A stretch of 59,962 bases of DNA, filler included, from Catajapyx aquilonaris (Eukaryota), in NCBI GenBank assembly GCA_000934665.2. It is 3 parts of 3 records of this genome, joined end to end, with 100 filler letters (N's around TTAATTAATTAA, not from the genome) between each part and the next. Parts side by side here need not be neighbours in the genome. Positions count along the whole stretch, not along the records: positions 1 to 19,915 come from KZ539523.1; 2 more parts are not named here. One strand, 5' to 3'. This document shows positions 1 through 12,127 of the stretch, piece by piece (position 1 is the stretch's first letter; every line of letters starts with the position of its first letter). Below the pieces are notes generated by a model. It had not been told where the DNA came from. It searched no databases and saw nothing but the letters and a program-made list of their open reading frames with translations. Position numbers and translations under genes: made by a program.

Positions 1-181
1 TCGGGAATATGCGTGTTGTGGGAGTTAGGTTCATTTTCGGAAGCTGAAACATGCGGCGTTAGATTCCTTGGAAAAAGTAACCCCCGATGTGCTAATTTAA
101 GGCGGTGTAAGGGCCTTCCCCTGGATTTCTATAAGGGACAAACAAACTAACAATGAAGCTTCCTCATTTATAGATTAAGAT
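1..181 (-). mobile_element. 5' end of a non-autonomous Helitron (same family as 37641-38502)
   Basis: Reverse complement of the first ~170 bp of the 37641 element (TCTATAAAT(G/A)AGGAAG...GCATATTCCCGA); runs off the window start. Confidence 0.7.
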
Positions 182-448
182 TGAGAACAAAGCACTTGGA
201 AGGAATCTTCATGACAGACAACACTTGCATTGCACACCTCTCATGAGCACAAAAGCAGAGTCAGTGCATGAGGATATGGATGGAAAAATCAGTCACACAG
301 GGGATTATGGGATTAAAATATCAACATAAAAGATGACAGGTAACTTTTAAAAACTGAGAATTTCATACGTGTATAACATTGACTGGACCATAAACCTTTG
401 TTACACCCTGTATTAAATGGAAGAATGCGAAGCGTATAAAAATAGGGT

Positions 449-650
449 CAGTTATCGTGTTTTTCCCTTTGCGGAAGTGCCTGAAAACGAGGCATGTTGG
501 TTATCATGTAGCCCGTGTTGCTGCCGTCTGGTGCATGATATGTGAACTTTGAGTGTACCAAAATGTTTGTCATGTCTTTTACATAGTTGCTAGGTGTTTA
601 GTTCAAAAATGACAAAAATGTCAGTTATCATGTTTTTCCCCCACAGCCCT
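449..650 (-). mobile_element. Terminal fragment of a GAGGG-ended DNA transposon (Sola-like); inverted copy at 5253-5449
   Basis: ~200 bp near-identical inverted copy at 5253-5449, beginning GAGGGCTGTGGGGGGAAAAC. This copy abuts and truncates the Tc1 TIR at 651. Confidence 0.55.
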
Positions 651-1978
651 CAAATGATTGCAGCGGTTTCAAAAAATCACTGTGGGTTTTTTATTTAACA
701 GGATCGAAGTTGTTGTACCAATATATAGAGAAACTCATCAAGTTTTTTTTGACACCTACATGTGCTCGATATGTGCCCCCTTAGTGATCCTACACACATC
801 AATTCTATAATCTAGCTCTTCCCATACCCAATGCAGCATGTCAGTGTCAATTTGAGCGAAGGCGTTGTTGGGGGCCCGCAGTTCTGGCAGAGAGGTTGGT
901 AGTGGTGGCACAAACACAGAATCCTTCACATATCTCCACACAAAAAAGTCACATGGAGTTAAATCAGGAGAGCGGGGAGGCCATGACATCAGCTGGTGAT
1001 CATTGTTCCCCACATGACCAATCCATCGGTTTGGTAGTCTGGTGTTCAAGAAGTCACGGACGTTGTGGTGAAAATGCGGCGGAGCACCATCCTGTTGGTA
1101 GATGAAGTCCGTACTGTCGGTCTCCAGCTGAGGCATGAGCCAATTCTCAATCATGTCCAGATATGTGCATCCCGTCACGGTTGCTTCGGCGGAAAAAAAA
1201 GGTCCGTAGACTTTGGATTTTGACACAGCACAGAAAACATTGAGCTTTGGAGAGTTGCGAACGTGTGTCATGAAGGCATGGGGATTAGCAGTTCCCCATA
1301 TTCGGACGTTATGCCTGTTGACTTTGCCACTCAAAAAAAACGTTGCCTCGTCACTGAACAACAGTTTATCACAGAACTGATCGTTCTGTTCCATCAGGTC
1401 TGGAAATTCCTGGCAGAACTTCATGCGACGAATGTGGTCATCGGGAGTCAAGGCCTGCAGCAACTGCAATCGGTACGGCTTCTGCTGCAACTTCTTCCGC
1501 AGAACTTTCCACAACGTAGCTCGTGGAATGGCCAATTCACGGCTTCCTCTGCGCGTGGATTTTTGCGAGCTACGCAAAAAGCTCTCCCGTATGCGCTCGA
1601 CTGTTTCTTCTGGCACAGCAGGACGACCCGTTGATTTACCTTTACAGAGGGATCCCGTGGTAGTGAACTGCTCATACCATCGCCGAATGGAATTGGCGTG
1701 GGGTGGATCTTTTTTAAACTTGGTTCGAAAATGTCGTGGACTGTTGACACCGATTGACTGGTGTGAAACTCGAGGACAGCATATGCCTTCTCACTGTTTG
1801 TCGCCATTTTACAACTTCACCGCCTCTAGCGGCGGCAGGCGGAAACATGTCGCTGCTGGGAAATTCACACAAAACTTGAGGATATGGTTGTTTCATATCA
1901 TCACACTCGATCACCACATATCTATTACTACGCTGCAAAAAAATCACGAAACCGCTGCAATCATTTGTAGACACCCTG
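651..1978 (-). mobile_element. Tc1/mariner transposon, rosa/DD41D-like group (spacing here DD46D)
   Basis: Terminus TA|CAGGGTGTCTACAAATGATTGCAGCGGTTTC at 1978 (minus strand); matching, outer-truncated TIR CAAATGATTGCAGCGGTTTC at ~651; encloses a transposase. Confidence 0.9.
756..1807 (-). pseudogene. Tc1/mariner transposase, frameshifted near 1737
   Basis: N-terminus MATNSEKAYAVLEF (ATG 1807) is in a different frame from the HTH/catalytic part; motifs FSDEATF, QQDGAPPH, WPPRSPDLTPCDFF; 46 residues counted between the 2nd and 3rd Asp. Confidence 0.9.
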
Positions 1979-2440
1979 TAAAAGAGGTGACAATTCTGCA
2001 TCAAGGTTTCATGGCAATAAATTCGCACCAATCGTATAGAAATTCAATGTGCTTCATATTGAAGTTCAGGATTTCAGGAAACAGATGTATGGAGTGGCTC
2101 ATGGAACATTAATGGGTGGAATTTTCGTCGTACTACTAGTAACATACTATAGTTATAGCTTTTAGCAGTACCATTGCACTACACTGGTACTGCTAAGTTA
2201 GAAGTAACTAGTAGTACGATGAAAATTCCACATATTTGTTTTCAGAAAGGAGATTTCATCTATATATATTTCTCGACCTATGTCTGTCCATCTGTCTGTC
2301 CTTTTGTCCTCCATGCAAATCCATGCGGAGGCCTCAACATATGCCCCAGGTGAATGATTAGGGGTAGTTTTTTACTGGGAAGGTTTTTAGCGCATTGGAC
2401 TTGACCTACGAGGTCATCCTTGGCCGCAGGAGGCGAAAAT

Positions 2441-2596
2441 GGGGCCGTCCAGACGGGCCAAGCTTGGCCGCGACTGGCCGCGGCCCTGGCCAACTTCCAG
2501 GAAGTTGGCCCGTGGCCTGGCCGTGGCGTTGCTAGGGGGCCGCTAGGTGTGAACCGTCGCGGCCGCGGCCAAGCTTGGCCCGTCTGGACGGCTCCA
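2441..2596. mobile_element. GC-rich hairpin MITE inside the Helitron (Harbinger-like termini)
   Basis: ~32-bp inverted repeat GGGGCCGTCCAGACGGGCCAAGCTTGGCCGCG / CGCGGCCAAGCTTGGCCCGTCTGGACGGCTCC. Confidence 0.55.
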
Positions 2597-2949
2597 ATGA
2601 CTTCGAGACATTGGCCCGGGTTCTAATCATGAACAATGGGGTGTAAACAACTCTGTTGAGTTGCTGGGGAAACTGTCCTTTCCTTCTCTGAAGGCCAAAG
2701 GGGTCAGATCGCCCTCTCCCCTCTGCCACCTCCAACCCCTCCCTTCCATTCCCACCATCCACTCCTCCATCTACCCTGCCCATCAACCCCTCCATCCACC
2801 CCCAGGCCCTCCCTCCTCCTCTGTTGTTCCACCCACTTCTCCTCCACACCCCCACCTTTTTCTGCCCCCTTCCGAATTTCGCATTCAAAACTAATCAATA
2901 GAACAGGCCTGTTGCCATAGATGCGCTCCATTGTTGTCACTTTTCAATA

Positions 2950-3670
2950 GGGTTGTCTACAATGATGCCATTTTCAACTTAGCCCTCATTGCCATCGAGG
3001 ACAAAGTCATGTCCATGGGAGGAAAGGACCTGCAGTCGTTCGGTCTTCCTCAGGCTCACTGCACTCAAGTTGACAACATTTGTTGTGAGATTCTACTTGA
3101 GACCAATTAAACACAGAACAACTCATGCTCATCCAAGAGGTTGCTATTAATGAAGCAAAGTTGCTACCAGATCAAAGATCTGCTTATTCGACAATTGTAG
3201 ACCATGTCCAGGGTCATCACAAAGGTGGAGTTTTTTTCCTTGATGTACCAGGAGGAACTGGTAAAACATTTGTTACATATCTGTTGTTGGCAGGATCAAC
3301 AAATTGCACTTTCGGTTGCCTCTTCTGGCATAGCATCTACTCTTTTGCCTGGTGGGAGGACTGGTCATGCAGCATTCAAACTTCCTCTTCATTTAGCCAC
3401 GCAGGAAAATGCAAATGCAACAGCAGCAAGGGTACTGGGGTGGCACAACTTTTGAGTCAGTGCAGGTTAATGGTTTGGGATGAGTGCACCATGTCCCACA
3501 AAGCAGCTTTTGAAGCTCTGGACAGGACACTGCAGGATATCCGGGAAAGCAAAAAGATTATGGGTGGAGTAACTTTGGTTTCGGCTGGGGACTTCAGACA
3601 GACACTGCCTGTTGTATATACCACGAGGCACACGAGCCGATGAGATAAAAGCTTGCCTAAAGTCTTCATT
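2950..3670 (+). pseudogene. Helitron RepHel PIF1-type helicase fragment
   Basis: Walker A FFLDVPGGTGKTF, ASSGIASTLLPGGRTGH (other frame), Walker B VWDECTM, GGVTLVSAGDFRQTLPV; several frameshifts. Confidence 0.9.
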
Positions 3671-4451
3671 ACCTTTTTTTTTTTGCCTCAAGTTTTCATT
3701 ACATACTTTTGCTCGATTTTTAAGGTGTATTGTGTATTTTCTTACAATCTGACATCCGTAGCGTGTTGTTTGGACTTCATGCACATGCAATAATATTATG
3801 CTCCATGTGCCAACATTGTGTAACCATAATTATTGCAAAGGTAAATGCCAAATCAATGAGTCACTCCTATGGAAAAGTATTTCATAACCCGAGCAACGCG
3901 GGGTATCCTGCTAGTGAGTAATAAATTGGTATAATTGCTTGAGTAAGACCTATAGTACAGCTTAAATCAATAATTGGTGAAGGTCTTACATACGCCTGCC
4001 TTGTTTCAGTACTTTCATTCCGCCACGGAGGTCTTACTACCCATCTTTTTCACTGAAGGAAATGTTTTTGCTTAATAACATCACGGCATTTCCCAAAAAG
4101 ATATAGGGTTGCCAGCGGATACTGAGGAGGTCCTCAATATCCTCGTATGACCAAATACAATACACACATACATACCAAAAAAAAAAAAAATAAATAAAAT
4201 CTGAAGCTTGGTCGGGTACTACTACTACTACTGTACTAATAATAAGAGCAAAAACATTCCCTTCAGTGAAAAAAGGGTAGTAAGACCTCCGCGGCGGAAT
4301 GAAGGTACTGAAACAAGGCACGCGCATGTAAGACCTTCACCAATTGATTTAAGCTGTACCATAAGTCTTACTCAAGCAATTTCCAATTTTATGCTCATGA
4401 AATCTCCTTTCTGAAAACAAATTGGTGGAATTTTCGTCGTACTACTAGGTA

Positions 4452-4551
4452 CTATATCGCCCAAAAAGATAGAGACGATTTTGCATTTGACTCAAGTGCA
4501 ACTTGCACTTGAATCAAATGCCAATCGTCTCTATCTTTTTGAGCGATATAG
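4452..4551. mobile_element. 100-bp near-perfect hairpin MITE at a TA
   Basis: TA|CTATATCGCCCAAAAAGATAGAGACGATT...AATCGTCTCTATCTTTTTGAGCGATATAG|TA; absent from the sister arm at ~2205-2215. Confidence 0.75.
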
Positions 4552-5717
4552 TACTTCTAACTTAGCAGTACCAGTGTAGTGCAATGGTACTGCTAAATCG
4601 CCAGTAACTATAGTTACTAGTAGTATGACAAAAATTGCACCCATTAATTTTCCGTGTGCCACTCCATATTAGTGTTTTATGAAATTAGGAACTTCAATAT
4701 TAAGCACATTGAATTTCTATACGATTGGTGCGAATTATTGCCATGAAACATTCATGCAGAATCGTCACCTCTTTTGGATGCTTATTTTAACTGTAATGTT
4801 TAATTTCACATGTAAACGTAAATTGGTGAATTTTGAGGGTCTTTTTCGTTTGGACCAACTCTGTTAGGATGGGTTTAGTTATTCTAAAAAAAAAAATCTT
4901 TTCAAAATAAAATCCTACCTACTGCTCTGAGTAGTTTGCTGCCGTAATTTTTACGAGCCGTTCCATACAGTACTTGAGAAATGCTTGAGGAAGACCTGTG
5001 GTACAGCTTAAATATATTGGTGAAGGTCTTGCGTGCGCCTGCCTTGTTTCAGAACTTTCATTCCGCCACGGAGGTCTTACTACCCTTTTTTCACTGAAGG
5101 GAATGTTTTTGCTCTTATTTCAGTTATTTTTTTAAACCCCTTTGCAATACCAGCTATACCGCCATCGCCTAGGTTGTCTCTTACACGTACTCTGAAGACA
5201 AGGACAAGATATTTTGCAAATAATAATAGCTACAGTGATATACGTTTCATATGAGGGCTGTGGGGGGAAAACATGATAACTGACATTTTTGTCATTTTTG
5301 AACTAAACACCTAGCAACTATGTAAAAGACATGACAAACATTTTGGTACACTCAAAGTTCACATATCATGCACCAGACGGCAACACAGGCTACATGATAA
5401 CCAACATGCCTCGTTTTCAGGCACTTCTGCAAAGGGAAAAACACGATAAATAGCTAATGCTAAATGGCTAGAAAATTAGTTAAAGCTAATGCTAACAGCT
5501 AACTTCCTTTTTTTTTTGCTCTATGACCCTTATAAACCAGACCTAAGCTGATGAAGCCTAGAGAGCATTGCTACACATGCGCCTTATTTTGTTATTTACT
5601 GTTCCGTACAGAAAGTAATAAACAAATCCAAAGAGGTAAAAAGTTTATTTGTCTCAGAAGAAAGCTACAAAGACAGGCAAGGCAAAATAATTTATCTTAA
5701 AAAACTGGTAGCTATAA

Positions 5718-5809
5718 TGTGAAGGGCCGGGAGTAAACAATGGTAAGGGATATGTAAAACCCATACCCTTACCCGCCCTTACCATTGTTTACTCCCGAGC
5801 CCTTCATAT
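5718..5809. repeat. Short hairpin / mini-MITE
   Basis: ATGTGAAGGGCCGGGAGTAAACAATGGTAAGGG ... CCCTTACCATTGTTTACTCCCGAGCCCTTCATAT. Confidence 0.55.
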
Positions 5810-6544
5810 AATCCGCGCACCGAAGTGATCGGAAAATAAGTTTTGGCCAGGTAGACAGAGAATTTACAATCCGGCACCGAGCCCTGTAAAACTGGTCTAT
5901 TTTAATCCCTGCCTGGAGTGGAAACAATGCAACTTTAAAAAGGAACAGACAGCGAGACAGGAACACGAATGAATTTTGTTAGCTGAATTTATTTAGTTGC
6001 AGTGCGGCACTAATATAGTGGGAGCTAATTAGTCAGCTAGCGGCCTGAAAAGTTAGCCAAAACAGCTAATCAGCTAACGAAAAGTTGTTTCAGTTATTAG
6101 CTGTTAGCTGATTAGAGGCGCTAATGCCCACCTTTGATAATTATATGCCCATTAAATTATGATATACTGAATGTAACACTAATGAAACATTCAAATTATA
6201 CTTGTACTGATTTAAAAATAATCAAATTTTGTGTCATTTGAAGCGAATACAAATCATGCCATGTGATGACTACATGTTGGTAACTCACTGTCATTATTTA
6301 TCTTGCCCTATTGTATTTGGAAATTAGTAACAGACAGGCCTACAATTTACTAATAAATGAGACATCAGCTATTTGTAGGGGGTGTTTTATTTCCAGAAAA
6401 ATCCACTTCTTTTTAATACCTATGTTGATGTTATTGAGATAGTTAAGCTGCAGTGTAAATTAAAAATTTCCCGTCAATTTTATAAGTAGCATTTCATCCC
6501 CAAGATTTCAAGAAAATTGCAAATAATGTATAGGCCTATACAAT

Positions 6545-6878
6545 TTTTTTTATTTTTTATTGATACCCCGTGCTCGAGCCTGAGGCTCGTTTAGGGGGGT
6601 GGGCTACAACCATCTGTGGTGAAACTAGTATACTGAAAGTATTTAGTGTGTTTCACGGGTCTTTAGGAGGGGATGTGCAAAGTGCATGTGCGCTGTCGTT
6701 AATTGGTCATTTTGTGAACTCCCCCGGGTGGCTTAGTCTATCGGAAATTGCCACCCGAAACGAAGCCAGAGATGGCCCAACTCTGCACGAAAGAAGGTGG
6801 GAACCCCGGGTGGGGATCGAACCCGGGACCTTAACTTCCGTGGGCGCGCGCGTTACCGCGGCGCCACTCCGTCTCCCT
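6545..6878 (-). mobile_element. tRNA-derived SINE family A (tail type 2)
   Basis: Pol III A/B boxes on minus strand (GAGTGGCGCCGCGG...GGTTCGATCCC); A-rich tail; TSD TAGGCCTAT(A/G)CAAT at 6531 and 6879. Confidence 0.85.
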
Positions 6879-7234
6879 TAGGCCTATGCAATATTATATA
6901 TCTGCTATGATTTTATTTGATCACCATCACTTAACCCCCCCAAAAAATTCAATTTATCATTTCTAAAAACATCTCGAAGCAAATCTTGTGTAAATAAGCA
7001 ATGCTAAGCATGACAGAATGGGTGGCAGGTAAGTTAAATAGCTACCCTTGATGAGTAATGTGTCTTCTGATAAGCTGAAATCACTGTAATGTACTTTATT
7101 CTAATTTTCATGAAAATATCGATATAATATCGATACAATATCGATACTTGGGCTAACTATCGAGTACTCGATATATCGCTGGGGGGCAATATCGATATAT
7201 CGAAACATCGATACTGTGTTGAAAAGTCCCATCT

Positions 7235-7425
7235 CTACGTTGCTATGGTCATTTTGTGAGCTCCCCTGGGTGGTTCGTCTATCGGAAATCCCACCCTAGA
7301 CGAAGCCGGAGAGACCCCCGAACTACGCACGAGATGAAAGGGGGAATGCCCAGGCTTGGGATCGAACCCGGGACCCTTCCATCCGTGGGCGCATACGTTA
7401 CCGCAGCGCCACTTCACCTTCCCCC
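7235..7425 (-). mobile_element. SINE family A, 3'-truncated
   Basis: Same tRNA-like head and body as the copies at 6545 and 11752. Confidence 0.75.
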
Positions 7426-7765
7426 GTCTGATTTAATTATGAAATAGCCTGTACGCTGAAATATACAGAATATATACATTGGGAACCGTACCAGACGAAT
7501 TTGATGAAATCATGGTACTTTGCAAGAATTAAATCGATACATATCTGCGACTTGTCTCCCGCGCCCCTGTCACATCTGAAAACTCCCAAACTTATTTAAT
7601 TTTCGCGAAATGCGACGAATTCAGCAAATTCGTCTGGCCGTTTCTCAAGGTAGATAATCAGTATATACTGTAGCATAATTTAAAAATTAAATCAGCTTAA
7701 GAGGTGTCCGGTATTACCTGGCAATGGCAACGGCGACATAGCAGCTAGTGAAGGGGGTTAATAGT

Positions 7766-8186
7766 ACAGTTGAATCCAGATAAAACAAACTTCAAGAACC
7801 GCGGAAAAAGTCTGTTATAACCAAATCGTCACGCAATGAAAACAGAGATTTCTGCTTTCAATATGGCTGCAATATGCACTACTACAAGTCTACATACCGA
7901 TTAACGAAATCTGTCAAAAATGTAATATTAGCTCACCCAAAAATTATGAAGGACGAAAATATCCGAAATTTTCTTCTGCCGTCTCCTTTGTGCAAATATT
8001 GTACCTGGAAAACTACATTTTCCCACCGAGGGGCCAAGAAATGGTGTGCTCTACCTGAGGTGCGGTGCAATTAGTATGTTAAATCAAAAGACAAATACAC
8101 AGGGTCTATGGAAGCATGCCGGGATGGCCTTTATAACCAAAAGTCTGTATAGGTATAGCCGAGGCTGTTATATCCGGATGCAACTG
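7766..8186. mobile_element. pogo/Tigger-type MITE
   Basis: TA|CAGTTGAATCCAGATAAAACA ... TGTTATATCCGGATGCAACTG|TA; imperfect TIR. Confidence 0.65.
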
Positions 8187-9773
8187 TAATAAGTACAATC
8201 CGTTCACCCCAGAGCAGCGGGGTAACATTTCGCTAACAATATGGTGAGGTGTAAATAAGAATTGACATTGCTAGGTGATGGTATCATGAACAAATGAAGT
8301 ATTTGACGGAAAAAAAATTGGTGAAAAAAATTATACCGTAACTGAAATCCTGCAGCAGATGGAATTGCGAGGTTTTGAACATAGATCCGCACCATCCTAC
8401 TGCGCATTCGGCTCTTTGATGAAGAAACCGAATTCCGAATAGTTATTGAGCAAAAAAATAGAAACGCATTTTTTATTGGTTTTTAATTTTTTTGGCGGCG
8501 TTTTGAAGAGGAGTTAAGGTTAGCTGTAATTGGTAGGAATGCACTTCACGACGGTGGGGATCTGTGTCCAAAATTTGGAAGCTCTACCTACAGCAGAACT
8601 TGAGTTAAGGCGAATAAAAAAGCGTAACAACAACAAGAAGAACAAGATGTTGAAAAAATTCATTGTTGAAAATTGTTGCACTGTATTACTTAGCGGCTCC
8701 CGCCCCTAAAATAATAATGGGTCATTCCATGTAAATTCACCAAACTTTTAAGGAAAATTAACCCTTGGGTTATGAGATCATGGCGAAAATCGGCGCATCA
8801 CTTTAATTACGTCTTACAAAAATACAATTTGTGCGGTTTTGCGATTTACCGGAGATAGGCCGAGATAGGCCCACCGAAAAAAACGGCCTTTATTTCGGAA
8901 GGTAGGGTTTCAAAAATTGGTCATATCTCGTGAACCAATTGAGCTACAGACGTCGTCGACCACTCTATTTGAATGGATTCGAGAGCCCAATGTAGCTAAC
9001 CATTAAAATTTCGTATTGTCGCTTTCTTTGACTATTTTGTCATATTTTCAAAATTTCAATATTTTTTTTGAAAAATTCCTCCCAATTTAAAAATTCCATT
9101 TTTATATTATATTATAGCTCAGACCCTTTCCTTGACATGGAAAAATATCCAAGTAGATGTTTGTTTTAAATTTTTTTAAGGAAAATAATTGCATTTGAAG
9201 AAGCTCATGCGTGTCCAAAATACACCAGGCGCCAAATCTCATGTCGTTCATGTTGGAAGCAGAATTGGAAACAAGTTGGTAGCAAGCCTTCTTAGACTAA
9301 TATTAGACCTCGCTGATTTCGAAAATCGAGGTTAGAACTCAGGATTTTGGGTCCTTCTGAGTTCTGACCCAAAAACAAGATGTCTTCCAAGGTTACGGCA
9401 TTTCCAAAAATTACAAGGTAGTCGCGAATTTTTGCCCCAAATGTGGCAAGTGAGGTGTCGTTTTGTGGGTTTTATGGGTCGCTAAGGTCAACTAAGAGTG
9501 ACCCGAGGTCATAATATGACGTCACTGGAAGTAGAAAATTTGAAGTGACAGGCAGTGTTACGGATTTGAAAAATCTCATTCATTACACACAGATAAAAGT
9601 CACGGAATACGTTGTGACGGCTATATTAAGTTACATTAGGACAAATACATAAGTAGCCTATTTGATGGTAACCAACAGACTGGGGTCCGTGCTTTACCGG
9701 CAAGTCAAGCAATGTGTGCCTGTAGGCCTATATCTTTGGTAGTACCTGTGGCTGTTGTGAGCATTTTGTATTT

Positions 9774-10618
9774 ATTTATTTATTTATTTATTTACCCCGG
9801 AGGGTCCTTTCGGACTTATGGCGGAGAACGCTCTGGGCAACATACATACATCAGACCATTAGGGCCTTATGACATTGTCAACGAAGTTGTATACGTGGGA
9901 GACAAAAACTGGTAAGGGGTCAAGAAAAAGAAAGTACATCTTATCAATAGGTACAGTGTTCAAGCTTTCAGATATGTAACGTCTGGGGGAGTCATATATA
10001 GGGCAACAGTAAAAAATATGTTCTAGAGTTTGCATGTCATTACTGTTACAGTTGGGGCATACGATTTCATGGTTGAAGTTCAGAGAGCCAGATTTGGTAC
10101 GAAGTCTGTGACATTGATTTCTCAAATTAACTAGCAATCTCGTTAGGTGAAGAGGCATGTTCAGCGAGAAATACAGTTCCTGAGTGAAATTATTTTTAAT
10201 TTTTCCATTGTTACTGTACGTCTCTGAGTTAGCCAACTTCGTTTGATCTATGTTCTGGAAATGAACGGTAAGTGCGTGGGTATAATTCGAAAGTTCTTCA
10301 ATTTTCAGATCTTTGAGGTTTGTTTGGATGACCGAGAGGGCATCTGAAACTGGTTTAAACCAATTCAAAGGGCGAAATCTGCAGTGTGGTGCGGAGTTGA
10401 TCAAATAGAGCCAGGCTTGTTTCAATAGACCGTTGTCTTGCGCTGTGATCAATTTGATAGTAAATTTAATTATCTTCTTATAAAGCGCAATTTGTAACAT
10501 CGGTATGTCAGTTTCCATTCGAATAAAATAGCCTGCCGTGCGGGCAGGTAACATTAAAAAAAAATTAATTAGGTAATTCTTGACTATTTCCAACTCCTGC
10601 AGGTACAGTGGCCCCCAA
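9774..10618 (-). mobile_element. 5'-truncated non-LTR retrotransposon (LINE) 3' end
   Basis: ORF 9859-10593 ends with the LINE C-terminal zinc knuckle CPNC...QTLEHIFYCCPIY; (TAAA)n tail; 17-bp TSD GTGAG(C/A)ATTTTGTATTT at 9757 and 10619. Confidence 0.85.
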
Positions 10619-11074
10619 GTGAGAATTTTGTATTTGGGTTACATTACTCATAGTTATTACGGATGCATTTCCTAGCACTTCATGTTTGTCATAATGTAAT
10701 ATGTTACTGCCAGATAACGTATTCCGTGATCTGTGTGTAATGAATGAGATTTTTCAAGTCCGTAACACTACCTGTCACTTCAAATTTTCTACTTCCTGTG
10801 ACGTCATATGACTTCAGGTCACTCTTAGTTGACCATAAAACCCATAAAACGACAGGAGGAACGGGAGGACGGAGGAACGGGTGGGAGTGGGGAGTACACA
10901 CATGATTGGGGGATGGGCATCATCACTGGCTATAAGTCTGAAGCGATTTAAAATACTCTGTCGACAGGAGGCTTAGAAAAACATGAGCGATGCGAGCAGT
11001 TGTTTACGCCTGCGCCACAGAAAAATTCAAGCGAAGCGAGGGTTTTTCTAGTTAGAGTTAAAATCAGCATCTAA

Positions 11075-11201
11075 GGGCCGGTTTCACCGAGCTCAGTATA
11101 TGATAAAACCTGGGTTCTTTCTCAAAATCCCTATCTCTTTGTATGGGATTTTCCTAAAGAAACCTGGTTTTATCATATACCAAGCTCGGTGAAACCGGCC
11201 C
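11075..11201. mobile_element. PIF/Harbinger MITE
   Basis: TAA|GGGCCGGTTTCACCGAGC...GCTCGGTGAAACCGGCCC|TAA. Confidence 0.85.
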
Positions 11202-11455
11202 TAAAAGAGGTGACAATTCTGCATCAAGGTTTCATGGCAATAAATTCGCACCAATCGTATAGAAATTCAATGTGCTTCATATTGAAGTTCAGGATTTCAG
11301 GAAGCAGATGTATGGAGTGGCTCATGGAACATTAATGGGTGGAATTTTCGTCGTACTACTAGTAACATACTATAGTTATAGCTAATTTAGCAGTACCATT
11401 GCACTACACTGGTACTGCTAAGTTAAAAGTAACTAGTAGTACAACGAAAATTCCA

Positions 11456-12080
11456 CAAAGGATGAGGCACAAAATATATGGGCGAGTGGCCTTCTGTTCG
11501 ATTTGCCTGAAAATGGGATATGTTGGGGCCCAGACCATCCTGATCAATGTTAGATAGGGACATTTCGAGGTAGGACCTATGGGGAGCGGGCTATTGACCT
11601 CCGAAGGTCATATGGGATATGATCTGGTTTTCCGTTCGATTTGGCTGAAAATTGGATATGGTGCAGCCCAGACCATCCTGATCAATGTTGGATAGGGACA
11701 TTTCGAGGTAGGGCCTACAGGGAGCATGCTAATTGCTATTCATCGAAGAGGAGGGGAGGCGGAGTGGTGCTGCGGTAACGTATGCGCCCACGGATGTTAA
11801 GGTCCCCGGTTCGATCCCAACCCGGGGACACCCCCTTCATCTCGTGCAGAGTTCAGGGTCACCTCTGGCTTCGTCTCGGGTGGTATTTCCACAGACTAAA
11901 CCACCCGGGGGAGATCACTAAAAATGGCCACCACGTCAGATGCACTGCACTTTGCACATCCCCTCCTGTCATCCTGCCCGTGGGCCCGGGCGCTTCTCAA
12001 TGGCTCCAACTTGTACACTATGTACGATCAAATAATAAAGGTCCGTGCCGAACGCCGAAAGGTGAAGCACTACCCCCACA

Positions 12081-12127
<47 letters not shown>

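Larger units (their letters stand above)
2259..3914 (+). mobile_element. Internally deleted Helitron
   Basis: A|TCTATATAT 5' end; 3' hairpin CCCGAGCAACGCGGG then CTAG|T; the empty site GGAGATTTCA|TGAG is visible in the opposite arm of the host repeat (~4390-4410, minus). Confidence 0.9.
1979..4792. mobile_element. Foldback-like non-autonomous element with ~440-bp inverted arms, interrupted by a Helitron
   Basis: Left arm 1979-2258 + 3915-4073 is the reverse complement of ~4248-4775; further partial arm copies at ~4975-5115 and ~11057-11455. Confidence 0.7.

Noticed and set aside
7116..7215. Cluster of ATATCGATA motifs resembling DRE promoter elements (TATCGATA)
   Set aside because: No adjacent gene start; such arrays are typical subterminal repeats of DNA transposons.
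11752..11830. tRNA-like sequences (also at ~6800, 7350, 41640, 46960, 59400)
   Set aside because: They are followed by SINE bodies, simple-repeat tails and in several cases TSDs, and the cloverleaf is imperfect; these are SINE heads, not tRNA genes.
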